A stretch of DNA of 64,000 bases from a virus, in the IMG/VR virus record IMGVR_UViG_3300032144_000004, positions 1 through 64,000 of that record; one strand, 5' to 3'. The translations under genes were made by a program, and so were the position numbers. The notes beneath the pieces are model-generated. The model saw nothing but the letters and a program-made list of their open reading frames with translations, ran no database searches and was not told where the DNA came from. Shown in pieces: positions 8,299 to 16,853 of this stretch. Position 1 is the first letter of the stretch. Each line of letters starts with the position of its first letter.

Positions 8299-9075
8299 TC
8301 AAAACAGCCTCCAGACGTCTCGGCCGAGTATGTAGAGGGCCAGGCCGAACAGGCCGAGATTGCAGATGGTGCGCACTGGCCTCGAGAGCGCCGTGGGCAC
8401 GCGCTTTCCAACCACCGTCTCCCACGTGCACCCAAGCATGTCCGCGCCGTCGAGCCCGGGGATAGGCATGAGGTTCATGAGTCCGATGCCCACTGAGAGT
8501 GCGCACGTGTACACGGGCACCACAGGCCATCCGTATTCGCGCAACGCGTCGTAGATGATGCTGCCGGCGGCCACGGGGCCCGCAAGCGCGTCCAGGTTAG
8601 GGTGCGCCATGAAGTTCAGCTGAATCTCAACGGAGTCACGGGCTGCCGGCCCAAAGAGCCCGGCAAACTCTCTCCACGCCCCGTCTGGCCCAAAGAAGTA
8701 GAGCCAAACACCGAAGAAGAACGCGCCAACCACCGGAAGCAGAAGGTTCATCAGCGGGCCAGCGGCGGAGACGCAGAAGCGTTGCCATGCGGGCTTATTT
8801 TCCAGCAGGTCTGACGGCAGCTCGCCCTCTTCAGCTTCTTCATCGGTCGAGGTTGCGAACTGCACAAACCCACCGAGCGGCAAGATGCCAACCTCGAACG
8901 GAACGCCAAGACCTCGCCGGATCCTAACCACGGGCAGACCCATGCTGAAACCAAGTCCGATGCGACGTGCCTTGGCGCCCACTATCAGGCCCACAGCGAA
9001 GTGCCCGAGCTCGTGCACCATCACGATCGCGGTCAGCATCATCACGATAATAAAAATGGCCAGTGTAGAACTCAC
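8299..9075 (-). CDS. M50-family site-2 (RseP-like) intramembrane zinc metalloprotease, no PDZ domain
   Basis: 258 aa. HELGH (HExxH) sits in the first TM helix, with LPLGGFVQF and NLMPIPGLDG motifs and several hydrophobic helices. Confidence 0.8.
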   Translation of the reverse strand: MSSTLAIFIIVMMLTAIVMVHELGHFAVGLIVGAKARRIGLGFSMGLPVVRIRRGLGVPFEVGILPLGGFVQFATSTDEEAEEGELPSDLLENKPAWQRFCVSAAGPLMNLLLPVVGAFFFGVWLYFFGPDGAWREFAGLFGPAARDSVEIQLNFMAHPNLDALAGPVAAGSIIYDALREYGWPVVPVYTCALSVGIGLMNLMPIPGLDGADMLGCTWETVVGKRVPTALSRPVRTICNLGLFGLALYILGRDVWRLF

Positions 9076-9103
9076 GGCTTAACCTCCAAACCTAGAAACC
9101 GCT

Positions 9104-9739
9104 TCAATCACTGCCGCCGCAACTTCCGCCGCCGTCCGAGCTCGAACCGCTGTCGTACGAGCTGCTGCTGTCACAGCTCGAAGAGCCGCTGTCGTACGAG
9201 CTCGAGCTTCCGGAGTCCCAGTTGCCCGATGCGCCTGCGCCGCCGAAGTGGCCGCCGTGTCCGGAGTACGAGCTGTGCGACGGCTCAGGCGCGGAGTAGG
9301 GCGTGCTCGCGCCGCGGTCATCGGCGGGGAACAGTGCGCCCGGAGACGGCGTCCAGCCGTCGCTCTCGACGGCTTTGCGCTGCCGCTCCGCCCAGCTGTC
9401 CGGCCGGCGACGGCTCTCTTTGAACACGCCTGTCTTTGGATCGCGTGCAAGGCGCGCGATGGGCTCAGGCTTCGCGCGCACGCGCTGATGCGCATCGACC
9501 AACGTCTGCAGCAAGTCGCGGTATTCCCCGCGCAAATTGCGCAGCTGGTTCTGAAGGATTTTCCGTTTGGAGAGCTGCCAAAACCGCGTAGCGAGCAACT
9601 CGGACCACACGCCGAGGCCGCGCTGGTAGCGGTCGATCAGCACAGAGCTTTCCATGCGGAAGTCGATTTCGAACAGTCCAAACGGGACAAGATCGTAGCC
9701 CCAGTCGCGGGGGTTGAGTCGGTTTTCACGAGGTGGCAT
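9104..9739 (-). CDS. Hypothetical protein (211 aa) with Ser/Gly-rich repetitive C-terminus
   Basis: ORF track. The C-terminal ~45 aa read SGSSSSYDSGSSSCDSSSSYDSGSSSDGGGSCGGSD. Confidence 0.65.
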   Translation of the reverse strand: MPPRENRLNPRDWGYDLVPFGLFEIDFRMESSVLIDRYQRGLGVWSELLATRFWQLSKRKILQNQLRNLRGEYRDLLQTLVDAHQRVRAKPEPIARLARDPKTGVFKESRRRPDSWAERQRKAVESDGWTPSPGALFPADDRGASTPYSAPEPSHSSYSGHGGHFGGAGASGNWDSGSSSSYDSGSSSCDSSSSYDSGSSSDGGGSCGGSD

Positions 9740-9755
9740 GGGTGAGTCCTTTCGC

Positions 9756-9944
9756 CTACTTGGTTGCGGAATCTACAAAACGCTTGAAGAGCTCGCGCGC
9801 CGCTTCCAGCTCGCGCCAAGCTCGGTTTATGGCGTAGAACGCGTCGAACGGCGGCGGCGTCGAATGCGAACGCACGACACCGCTTAGCAAGCTCAAGCGG
9901 TTCATGAGCTTGTCGATTTCGGCCAAGATTTCCGCATCGCTCAT
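9756..9944 (-). CDS. Hypothetical protein (62 aa)
   Basis: ORF 9756..10046 trimmed to ATG 9944 (ATGA overlap). Confidence 0.5.
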   Translation of the reverse strand: MSDAEILAEIDKLMNRLSLLSGVVRSHSTPPPFDAFYAINRAWRELEAARELFKRFVDSATK

Positions 9945-10303
9945 GTCGAACCTCGAAACGGGCTGAGCTTTTGCTGGGCTTCGTCGGCGGTCATGAAGGC
10001 GAGGGTGGCCACTTCTTCCGGAAGCTCGCCGATCGTATCGCGCCAATCTTCGCCGCAGTCGAGGCGCCAGGCGATGGGTGCACCCTCGCGACGCTTCGTG
10101 ATCTCGTCGAGCATTGCTGCACAGCGCAGGCAGTGTTTGAAGCGGTCTGGCTCGTGCGTGTAGCCCACGGCAAAGCTCGACTGGTACACGTCACCCTTGC
10201 GGATGGTCTCCAAGCACGCGCAGCACTGGTGCTCTTTACGAGCACGGTGTCGCCTGTGCTCAAGCACGTCGTACGTATAATCGGCTTCGCGGTCGTCACA
10301 CAT
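9941..10303 (-). CDS. Cys-rich hypothetical protein (120 aa)
   Basis: ORF 9941..10336 trimmed to ATG 10303 (MCDDREADY...). Contains CCAC ... CLRC. Confidence 0.55.
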   Translation of the reverse strand: MCDDREADYTYDVLEHRRHRARKEHQCCACLETIRKGDVYQSSFAVGYTHEPDRFKHCLRCAAMLDEITKRREGAPIAWRLDCGEDWRDTIGELPEEVATLAFMTADEAQQKLSPFRGST

Positions 10304-10469
10304 CGGGTTTGCTCTCCGGGTGCCAGGCGTTTGCACGCAGGTGCCACTTGCCGCACTGCTTGCACTTTTTGCATTCGGCGCCGGGTTTGGCGCTAAGCTC
10401 GCGGCCCTCGTCAGAGAAGAGCGCGTCGTACGCGGTGTTGTACGCCTTCTCTTTGCAGGCGTCAGACAT
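10296..10469 (-). CDS. Hypothetical mini-protein (57 aa)
   Basis: ORF 10296..10484 trimmed to ATG 10469. Has an 8-nt ATGTCTGA-type junction and a CKKCKQC motif. Confidence 0.45.
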   Translation of the reverse strand: MSDACKEKAYNTAYDALFSDEGRELSAKPGAECKKCKQCGKWHLRANAWHPESKPDV

Positions 10470-10677
10470 CGGAGACCTCTTCACGCAGCGCGGCCATAAC
10501 GTCGATCAGCGCCGGATAGCAGAACACGGTCGGACGAGCTCCCATGAGCTCGCAACGCTTCCCATCGTACTTCTGGCACCGCTCCTCGGTGCACACGGGG
10601 ACGTATTCACCGTCGAGGTCCGGCTGTGCGCCGTCTTTGATGACGACTCGCTCGAGATAACGCCTGAACTCAGACAT
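10462..10677 (-). CDS. Hypothetical protein (71 aa)
   Basis: ORF 10462..10716 trimmed to ATG 10677. Junction CCGATGTCTGA. Confidence 0.5.
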   Translation of the reverse strand: MSEFRRYLERVVIKDGAQPDLDGEYVPVCTEERCQKYDGKRCELMGARPTVFCYPALIDVMAALREEVSDV

Positions 10678-11017
10678 CGGACTTCTCCGGTGTGCGTTTC
10701 TTCGTCCAGGTGACAACCGTTTTGGTCACCTGCTCTTCGTGACGCTCCACTTCCACCGGATCGCCGTAGGCGTCGTACTCGTGCTCCTGGTTCTCGGTGA
10801 GACCGTGGTCCCAACTTTTCATCCAATAGCGCCCGGTGGAAACGCAGTAGAAGAACTCGTCGATCCTGCGAAACCAGCGCCGGTCGTGATGCTCGCGCTG
10901 ATCCACGTGCTTGAACGTGAAACCGTCTTCAGACTCCTCCTCGAAATCGTACTCACCCTCAGAGATGAGCTTTTTGAGAGCTTCGAATTCCGCTTCTGGG
11001 ATTTGTTCTTCTGACAC
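10670..11017 (-). CDS. Acidic hypothetical protein (115 aa)
   Basis: ORF track. Preceded on the minus strand by a 20-nt AT-rich island at 11045-11064. Confidence 0.6.
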   Translation of the reverse strand: MSEEQIPEAEFEALKKLISEGEYDFEEESEDGFTFKHVDQREHHDRRWFRRIDEFFYCVSTGRYWMKSWDHGLTENQEHEYDAYGDPVEVERHEEQVTKTVVTWTKKRTPEKSDV

Positions 11018-11044
11018 GCGTGCTCACTTTCTGGTTTACATAAT

Positions 11045-11064
11045 GTTAATTATCGGCCGAAGGA
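11045..11064 (-). promoter_or_regulatory. AT-rich island (GATAATTAACATTATGTAAA on the minus strand), possible promoter
   Basis: Conspicuously AT-rich 20-mer in a 54-nt gap within an otherwise GC-rich region. No clean -35/-10 pair was found. Confidence 0.25.
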
Positions 11065-11071
11065 CATGGGT

Positions 11072-11347
11072 TCAGCTGTGCTTCTCGGGCGCCTCGTGCC
11101 AGCGCGTTAGCGTGCGGATTTTATCCGACTTGCGATGCGCAATGCGCTCCCAGTCGAGCCCGAGCTCCGCGGCTACGAAGTGGATAGCCGCGAGCACGTC
11201 GCCCATTTCGTCCTCTAAACGCGCTGCCATCGAGCCCTTCCCATCCGGATGCTCGTCGGTCTCCATGAACGCCGACTTCTTGGCCGCGATCTGTGTGAGC
11301 TCGCCGCACTCTTCCATCAGCTTCGTCAAACCATCGCGATCCATCAT
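11072..11347 (-). CDS. MazG-like nucleotide pyrophosphohydrolase (91 aa)
   Basis: The EECGEL ... EDEMGDVL pattern is characteristic of small all-alpha NTP pyrophosphohydrolases. Confidence 0.65.
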   Translation of the reverse strand: MMDRDGLTKLMEECGELTQIAAKKSAFMETDEHPDGKGSMAARLEDEMGDVLAAIHFVAAELGLDWERIAHRKSDKIRTLTRWHEAPEKHS

Positions 11348-11712
11348 GGCGTTGGGTCCTTTCTGACTTGCTCTTCAAGCGCGCCGAGGCGCAATGCGGT
11401 AGCGAGCTTGCCGAGGTCGAGATGCGGCGAAAACACCTTCTGCCCGAGGTAGCGAAACTTCTCGCGCCGCTCGTGCTCTTCCCAGGCGCTGATGGCGGCG
11501 AAGACGGTCTGCACCACCTCGTTCTCCACCGCGTACTCGGACAGGCGCCATTTGCGCCCGTTTTGCGGCGATGCTTCGCCCGTCTGCGCGTCTTCGCGCC
11601 ACGCGGACACGCGCACGTAGCCCGCGCCACCGTCGCCCGACAAAAGCTCGATGGTGAGCCCTGGGTAGTCGATGCGCTTGAGGATGGCCTGCGCTTCTCG
11701 GTGGTTCATCAC
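11344..11712 (-). CDS. Hypothetical protein (122 aa)
   Basis: ORF track entry with ATGA junctions on both sides. Confidence 0.6.
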   Translation of the reverse strand: MMNHREAQAILKRIDYPGLTIELLSGDGGAGYVRVSAWREDAQTGEASPQNGRKWRLSEYAVENEVVQTVFAAISAWEEHERREKFRYLGQKVFSPHLDLGKLATALRLGALEEQVRKDPTP

Positions 11713-12113
11713 ATCACCTCCACAACGACAAACGTGGGCTCATCACTCGGCGGCGCCGCTTTGGCCAGCTCGGGCTTCGAATACAGTCTGGCCATAGCGT
11801 ATTTGGCACCGGGCACGGCCGAATGGTCGGAAGTCGTCCACTCCAGCACGGCTGGGTCAGCTTCAAGCCGGCGCACGCGAAACAGTCTGAAGGGCGACCC
11901 CAGGTGATTGATCCAGGCTTGCGCGTGTTTCATTTCAAAGAACAAGCACACGCCGCTGTAGTCGCTGTCTACATGGCGCATCTGTGTCGTGGCCCCGAAC
12001 ACCTCGAAGTGCTCAGCCTTCTCGCTGGGCTCGGGTGCGAGCTCGCAACGCGGACAGCGCGGCGTTTGAAAGAGTGCGATCATCAGCGTCATGCACTTGG
12101 GGCAGCTGGTCAT
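11709..12113 (-). CDS. Hypothetical protein with N-terminal zinc ribbon (134 aa)
   Basis: CPKC ... CPRC at the N-terminus. Confidence 0.6.
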   Translation of the reverse strand: MTSCPKCMTLMIALFQTPRCPRCELAPEPSEKAEHFEVFGATTQMRHVDSDYSGVCLFFEMKHAQAWINHLGSPFRLFRVRRLEADPAVLEWTTSDHSAVPGAKYAMARLYSKPELAKAAPPSDEPTFVVVEVM

Positions 12114-12388
12114 CGGTACATTCTCCGCGCATGCCGGCGCACGCTCTCGTCGCTCAGTGCATGGTGGCCAACCTTCTCGACGAACAGCGCAAAGTCCTTC
12201 TGCATCTGCGCCGAGCTCGGCAGCTTACTGTAGTCCTTTTCCCTGCCGCCGTCCTCGGCGTCCACGACGGGCGCACAGCGTATCGCTTCGCGATGGTACT
12301 CCTGGTACCAGCCCACGGGGAACGGCAGTCGCTTGCGTTCCGCTTCGGGTTCGATGGTCACTTCCAACGTGGTGTGTTGTTTGCCCAT
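12110..12388 (-). CDS. Hypothetical protein (92 aa)
   Basis: ORF 12110..12475 trimmed to ATG 12388, which lies 2 nt after the upstream stop. Confidence 0.5.
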   Translation of the reverse strand: MGKQHTTLEVTIEPEAERKRLPFPVGWYQEYHREAIRCAPVVDAEDGGREKDYSKLPSSAQMQKDFALFVEKVGHHALSDESVRRHARRMYR

Positions 12389-12389
12389 G

Positions 12390-12569
12390 TTATTTCCCCG
12401 CGTAGAGGGCCACCAGCAGCAGCGGCAGCGCCCAAAGGTTTTCGATGACAATGCCAGGGTGAAAACCCATGGCAAGCGGCAGCGGAATGGCGAGCACGAT
12501 CCCGAGTAGCACCGCGTTACGTTTCTCGCGGTTTCGTGCTGGGCCCGGAGGCGTCGGGGGTCGGGACAC
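12390..12569 (-). CDS. Small membrane protein (59 aa), GTG start
   Basis: ORF 12390..12686 trimmed to GTG 12569. Two hydrophobic helices (LLGIVLAIPLPLAMGF, LWALPLLLVALYA). Confidence 0.45.
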   Translation of the reverse strand: MSRPPTPPGPARNREKRNAVLLGIVLAIPLPLAMGFHPGIVIENLWALPLLLVALYAGK

Positions 12570-12570
12570 G

Positions 12571-12990
12571 TCAGCGGCCCTTCCCGTTGTCGCCGTCGTC
12601 CGATCGCAAACTCTTGATGAACATATAACCCGCAACGAAAATGGCGAGCCCAAGCAGAGCCTTGAGCCCGAAGCTGATGGCGTCACCGAGATAGTACATG
12701 GCCATCACGGCCAAGCCTCCGGCGATGAGCAACTGCACGATGTCGAACGTTGAACGCATCGCGCCCTGCAGGCTGACCGTCGAGTCGTTGGTGGTAACCT
12801 CTTCGATCTTCACTTTACGCACGTAGCGCTCTGCCGTTGCGCGCGGCTCGCGCCGCTCAGGCAAAAACGTGGTGCGCCGCAACGTCCTGTTGCCGCCCTG
12901 CTCCCGATACTCTTCCATCGGAAAGGACTGCGACACGCGATCTTCAACGTCGTCGTCGTTGCTGAATCTGAACTTGAGTCTGGTTGGCAT
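12571..12990 (-). CDS. Membrane protein (139 aa)
   Basis: ORF 12571..13059 trimmed to ATG 12990. C-terminal TM helices. Confidence 0.55.
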   Translation of the reverse strand: MPTRLKFRFSNDDDVEDRVSQSFPMEEYREQGGNRTLRRTTFLPERREPRATAERYVRKVKIEEVTTNDSTVSLQGAMRSTFDIVQLLIAGGLAVMAMYYLGDAISFGLKALLGLAIFVAGYMFIKSLRSDDGDNGKGR

Positions 12991-12994
12991 TGGT

Positions 12995-13333
12995 TTATCC
13001 GTGGATGAAGGTGTGAAGTACGAAAAGTGCGAAGCACGCGAGCGCGAAGTACACCACAATCTCAGCGTTGCTCTGCGTGCGCCATCCGCGTGGGTGGTTA
13101 ACCTTGTCGGCCCAGCGGTTGATCTCAGTGCGAGACGGGGCCGTCTGGCGCTGACCTACAAACTCTTTGAACCGAAGCCGAAGCTCTGAGTCCGTGAACC
13201 CACGACTGCAGCGCTCCCAGAAATACTCCCACTCATTGGTGAACGGATACTGCGAGTGCTGGCGCCCGTTGCACCCTTCCCGGAGCGCGGGTTCGGGCGC
13301 CAGCACTTCAACCTCAATCTTTTGCTTCGCCAT
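12995..13333 (-). CDS. Hypothetical protein with C-terminal TM helix (112 aa)
   Basis: ORF track. Confidence 0.55.
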   Translation of the reverse strand: MAKQKIEVEVLAPEPALREGCNGRQHSQYPFTNEWEYFWERCSRGFTDSELRLRFKEFVGQRQTAPSRTEINRWADKVNHPRGWRTQSNAEIVVYFALACFALFVLHTFIHG

Positions 13334-13532
13334 CTTGGGGGGTGGGTTTGGCGGGCAACGGATCGAGGGTGAGGTCGTCTTCTTCGGCGGTCAACTCGGC
13401 ACGAGCCACCGCTTCTCGACGAAGCTTCCGGATAAGACCTTGCGCAACAGCAAGATCTTCGATGCCAGCCTCAAACATCGCGCCGCCCGGACGAAACAGC
13501 TTGTCGATCTTCTTGTCCCTAAAATCAGCCAT
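13314..13532 (-). CDS. Hypothetical protein (72 aa)
   Basis: ORF track. Confidence 0.5.
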   Translation of the reverse strand: MADFRDKKIDKLFRPGGAMFEAGIEDLAVAQGLIRKLRREAVARAELTAEEDDLTLDPLPAKPTPQDGEAKD

Positions 13533-13752
13533 GAATGCCTCTGCGTTTGTTGCCTTCGTGAGTCATAGCGATGCAGGCCATCCAGACGAGGGTCGCCGCC
13601 ATGATCCAACAGTACTCGCACCCCTCGGAGATACCGGAGAAGCCCAAGAAGTGATCGGGGTTGGCCTGCAAATCGAGCACGATGAGCGCCAGGTCGAGCG
13701 CGACCGCGGTCACCGCCTGCATTTGCAGCGAGTGCGTCGGGGGCGCCCTCAC
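13525..13752 (-). CDS. Small membrane protein (75 aa), GTG start
   Basis: ORF track. GTGA coupling to the upstream micro-ORF. Confidence 0.45.
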   Translation of the reverse strand: MRAPPTHSLQMQAVTAVALDLALIVLDLQANPDHFLGFSGISEGCEYCWIMAATLVWMACIAMTHEGNKRRGIHG

Positions 13753-13925
13753 GGCTTCACCGTTCCAAGGCGTCGAAGGTTTCGAAATTTCTTCACGACT
13801 TTGACGGCGACGATCGTCGCGGGGATCAATACGACTGCTGCAATGGGATCGCCGTCAAGCGCCAGCGGACCGCAAAGGTAGAACACAAGCCCCACCATCG
13901 CCGATTGGAAAATCAGCGACTTCAC
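13749..13925 (-). CDS. Small membrane protein (58 aa), absent from the ORF track
   Basis: Own translation: VKSLIFQSAMVGLVFYLCGPLALDGDPIAAVVLIPATIVAVKVVKKFRNLRRLGTVKP. GTGA junctions at both ends. Resembles the neighbouring ORF 13922..14122. Confidence 0.45.
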   Translation of the reverse strand: MKSLIFQSAMVGLVFYLCGPLALDGDPIAAVVLIPATIVAVKVVKKFRNLRRLGTVKP

Positions 13926-14122
13926 GGTTTTCTCCGTGTTTCACCGCGTAGGATCGCGCTGTTGGCCTTGATGATCGGCGCGTTTCTCAGCGCTGCCAGC
14001 ACGCCCATGATAATGATCACCGGGGCGATGGGATTGCCATTCATCAGGTATGGAATGCTGATGATGGGCGCTCCGATGAACACCACTTGCAGCACAAGAC
14101 TCATCCACAAAGGTAAACGCAT
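13922..14122 (-). CDS. Small membrane protein (66 aa)
   Basis: ORF track. Sequence MRLPLWMSLVLQVVFIGAPIISIPYLMNGNPIAPVIIIMGVLAAL. Confidence 0.5.
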   Translation of the reverse strand: MRLPLWMSLVLQVVFIGAPIISIPYLMNGNPIAPVIIIMGVLAALRNAPIIKANSAILRGETRRKP

Positions 14123-14151
14123 GTGTCACCTGTTGAACTGTAGACCTCGGG

Positions 14152-14283
14152 TTACCGATGCATGACGCGATGCGCGCCACCCAGGTTCGGCATTGAAAAA
14201 CTCGCGTCTTCGAGCGCGCCTGACTTGGTCGCAACGACCCAGCCAATCGCCAACACGATCGCAAAGACGATCACTCCACGCAT
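14152..14283 (-). CDS. Small secreted or membrane peptide (43 aa), absent from the ORF track
   Basis: Own translation: MRGVIVFAIVLAIGWVVATKSGALEDASFSMPNLGGAHRVMHR. Confidence 0.35.
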   Translation of the reverse strand: MRGVIVFAIVLAIGWVVATKSGALEDASFSMPNLGGAHRVMHR

Positions 14284-14508
14284 GGGCGTCTCTCCTGTGG
14301 CTCATCGCCAGCTTTTGAGATGTGCAACTCCAAAGCAGGCGAATCGACTACCGCGTACCTAACACGGCTCGGATTATCGTCAAGCCGGACGGGTTAAAAA
14401 GTTCGTCACCAGGCACTCGCTCCGTGAAGAGGGCGCCGAAGTTGCACCTTGGCACCAGCGAGACCTGGCAACGAACCGACTACTGCCTACCACCTCGCAC
14501 ACGACTTG

Positions 14509-14775
14509 TCATTCGTCTTTGCGGCGCTCGCGCATTGACGAAAGGCTAAGCCCGCAGCAGCTGACCACGGCCAGGATGACTGAGCCCACGATCACGAGCC
14601 CGCCCGCAGCCGGATCAACGATCCCGGCCCAAACGATCCGCAGACCCAAAACAAAACCAACCAAGCAAACGACCAAAAGAACGCGCTCGATGAGAACGTC
14701 GGGAGGCGCAGGCTTACGTGAGCTCATGGATTTTCCTTGCATTGCGATAACGGTCGCTTGACGCGGCTCTGACAT
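14509..14775 (-). CDS. Membrane protein (about 72-88 aa; start 14775 or 14727)
   Basis: ORF 14509..14967 trimmed. The long version would run through the rsr start region. Two TM helices. Confidence 0.45.
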   Translation of the reverse strand: MSEPRQATVIAMQGKSMSSRKPAPPDVLIERVLLVVCLVGFVLGLRIVWAGIVDPAAGGLVIVGSVILAVVSCCGLSLSSMRERRKDE

Positions 14776-14932
14776 GCGGGCAACGTACGCGCAACGTGTT
14801 TGGTCATGGTGGCCAAGCGCGGGCACTCCGCGACGGTGGGCTCGACATCCGTGAGCGCATCTACAAGTCGGTTCTATCGAAACCGTCGCGGAGTGCTTCA
14901 GCGTTGGGCTACCCCACCCTTCGAGCAGAACC

Positions 14933-16618
14933 ATGGACAAGACTCTGTTTGCAACGCAGCGCGGCAAACTCGTGCCGCCGGCGGATACTAAGAACGCAGC
15001 AGGCGGTCGCGCCTATTCGCGCAGCCCGAAAGAGGCGCTCGCCCAGTACGCCGCAACCGGCATGTTCGGCGACACGTTCTATGCCGACGCCGAAGAGCAG
15101 CTTACTGAGGTGCTCAAACTCGCGGAGCGATGCAGCACCCAGTACATCCTGAAGTGCGCCGTCTACGCGCGCGAAGCCGGCTGGCTCAAGGATATGCCGG
15201 CGGTCCTGCTGGCCGTCGCCTCGTCGCGCTTGAGGGGCGGCATCGTCGGCAGCGGCCCTGACTACTTCCCCGATCGGGAGGCGTTCGCCGAGGCGTTTAG
15301 GCGCATCGTCGATAACGGCAAGATGCTCCGCAATTTCTTCCAGGTGTCGCGCTCGGGCGTCACCGGGCGCAAGAGCTTGCCGCACATCGCGCGCCGGCTG
15401 GTGCGTGAGTGGCTCAATAAGCGTCGCAGCTCGCAGTTGATGCGCGACCAGATCGGCGAGAGCCCATCGCTTGCGGACGTCATCAAAGCACTGCACCCGA
15501 AGCCCGTGCACGATGAGCAGCGCGCGATGTTTGGGTACCTCACGGGGCCAGTGAGCAAGAAGACCAAGCTCGGCAACGTGATGGAGCGCTACGACCCGGA
15601 CAAGCTCTATCAGCTCGTGAAACAGTACGAAGCGTTCAAGCTGGCCGAGGCGTCCGAGCGCGAGGTGCCCGAGGTCGACTTTCGGCTCCTGGACTCGCTG
15701 ACGCTGTCCGATGCCGAGTGGCGCACCGTGTTCAAACGTGCGGAGTGGCAGTTCACGCGCATGAACTTGAACACGGCTTTGAGGCACAACGTGCTCAAAG
15801 ACTCGGAGATGCTGAAGCTCATCACCGATCGCATCGGCAACCGCGAGCAAGTGCGCGCGTCGCGCAATTTCCCTTACCAGCTTCTGCAAGCCTGGCGGAA
15901 CATCGACAAGGACATGCCGGTCGAGATCAAGTTCGCGCTCCAGGATGCGATGGAGCATGCGACCGAGAACGTGCCGGAGATCCCGGGCAACATCGTCATT
16001 GCGCTCGACATCTCGGGTTCGATGCAAATCGAGTTCATGAAGCGTAAAGACGGTAAGCCGTCGCTCATCTCCGCGCTCGACGTGGCGGCACTCTTTGCCG
16101 CGGTGCTGATGCGCAAAAACCCACGAGCGATCCTCTTGCCGTTCCACCAGATGCTCATTCCGCATCACGGGCTCAACCCGCGCGACACGATCACCACGCT
16201 GATCGACAACATTAAGCGCTTGCCCTCGGGTGGCACGGATTGTTCCTTGCCGCTTTTGTGGCTCAACGGCATCAACGACAAGCGGCAAGCGATCACCGGC
16301 ATCGACACGGTCATCTACCTGTCTGACTATGAGTCGTGGGCCGATCAGCTGGAAAACCAGCGCATGCCGGGCACGGGGATGATGGAGCAGTGGCAGATGC
16401 TCAAGCAGCGCAACCCCAAGGCGAAGCTCGTCTGCATCGACATGACGCCGAAGCCGCACCAGCAAGCGACGAACGGAGAAGACCGTTTGAACGTCGGCGG
16501 GTTCAACGATCAGGTATTCAAAGTGGTCGCGGAGTTCTTGAAGACCGGAAGCGGAAGCGCTTTCGTCGACAAGATCGAGTCACTCGACTTGACGCAAGCG
16601 AAAAACACCGCTAGCTAA
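14933..16618 (+). CDS. rsr: Ro60 ortholog (Rsr): TROVE domain plus vWA domain
   Basis: 561 aa. N-terminal NAAGGRAY...GMFGDTFY (TROVE-like), MIDAS motif LDISGSM, and SGGTDCSLPLLW, which matches the AGGTDCSLP motif I recall in human Ro60. The C-terminal ...NVGGFNDQVFKVVAEFL parallels the Ro60 C-terminus. Confidence 0.9.
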   Translation: MDKTLFATQRGKLVPPADTKNAAGGRAYSRSPKEALAQYAATGMFGDTFYADAEEQLTEVLKLAERCSTQYILKCAVYAREAGWLKDMPAVLLAVASSRLRGGIVGSGPDYFPDREAFAEAFRRIVDNGKMLRNFFQVSRSGVTGRKSLPHIARRLVREWLNKRRSSQLMRDQIGESPSLADVIKALHPKPVHDEQRAMFGYLTGPVSKKTKLGNVMERYDPDKLYQLVKQYEAFKLAEASEREVPEVDFRLLDSLTLSDAEWRTVFKRAEWQFTRMNLNTALRHNVLKDSEMLKLITDRIGNREQVRASRNFPYQLLQAWRNIDKDMPVEIKFALQDAMEHATENVPEIPGNIVIALDISGSMQIEFMKRKDGKPSLISALDVAALFAAVLMRKNPRAILLPFHQMLIPHHGLNPRDTITTLIDNIKRLPSGGTDCSLPLLWLNGINDKRQAITGIDTVIYLSDYESWADQLENQRMPGTGMMEQWQMLKQRNPKAKLVCIDMTPKPHQQATNGEDRLNVGGFNDQVFKVVAEFLKTGSGSAFVDKIESLDLTQAKNTAS

Positions 16619-16623
16619 TTACG

Positions 16624-16689
16624 CGGGCAGATGCTCGACGGGATTCCATCTAATCGCAATTGAAGGTCTCGTCATCACCTCGCTGCCCG
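16624..16689 (+). ncRNA. Y-RNA-like module 0: long bulged hairpin without a tRNA-like domain
   Basis: Closing helix CGGGCAG (16624-30) / CTGCCCG (16683-89). Shared internal loop ATGC / ATCACCTCG. Second helix GACGGGATT (16637-45) / GGTCTCGTC (16665-73). Starts 6 nt after the rsr stop. Confidence 0.6.
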
Positions 16690-16700
16690 TTACTTTTCTG

Positions 16701-16841
16701 ACGTCCTCAGATGCGAAAGGCACTTCATCTCCCGCTACAAACCTATGGGAGATTAGCTCAGTGGTAGAGCGCCGGCCGACAGGCTGGAGGTCGTTGGTTC
16801 GACTCCAACATTTTTGTCTTTCACCTACTCGCTGAGGACGT
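16701..16841 (+). ncRNA. Y-RNA-like module 1 with an embedded tRNA-like cloverleaf (acceptor looped off, anticodon loop reduced to 6 nt)
   Basis: Closing helix ACGTCCTCAG / CTGAGGACGT (10 bp). Internal loop ATGC / ACCTACTCG. Helix 2 GAAAGGC / GTCTTTC. Inside: ATCTCCC-13 nt loop-GGGAGAT TA GCTC AGTGGTA GAGC G CCGGCC GACA GGCTGG AGGTC GTTGG TTCGACT CCAAC. Confidence 0.65.
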
Positions 16842-16853
16842 TGTTTCTTTTCT

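Noticed and set aside
14909-16465. 518-aa minus-strand ORF spanning almost the whole rsr gene
   Set aside because: It is the antisense shadow of the Ro60/Rsr ORF. Its translation is Arg/Leu/His/Val-rich with no motifs, whereas the plus-strand product carries several Ro60 signature motifs.
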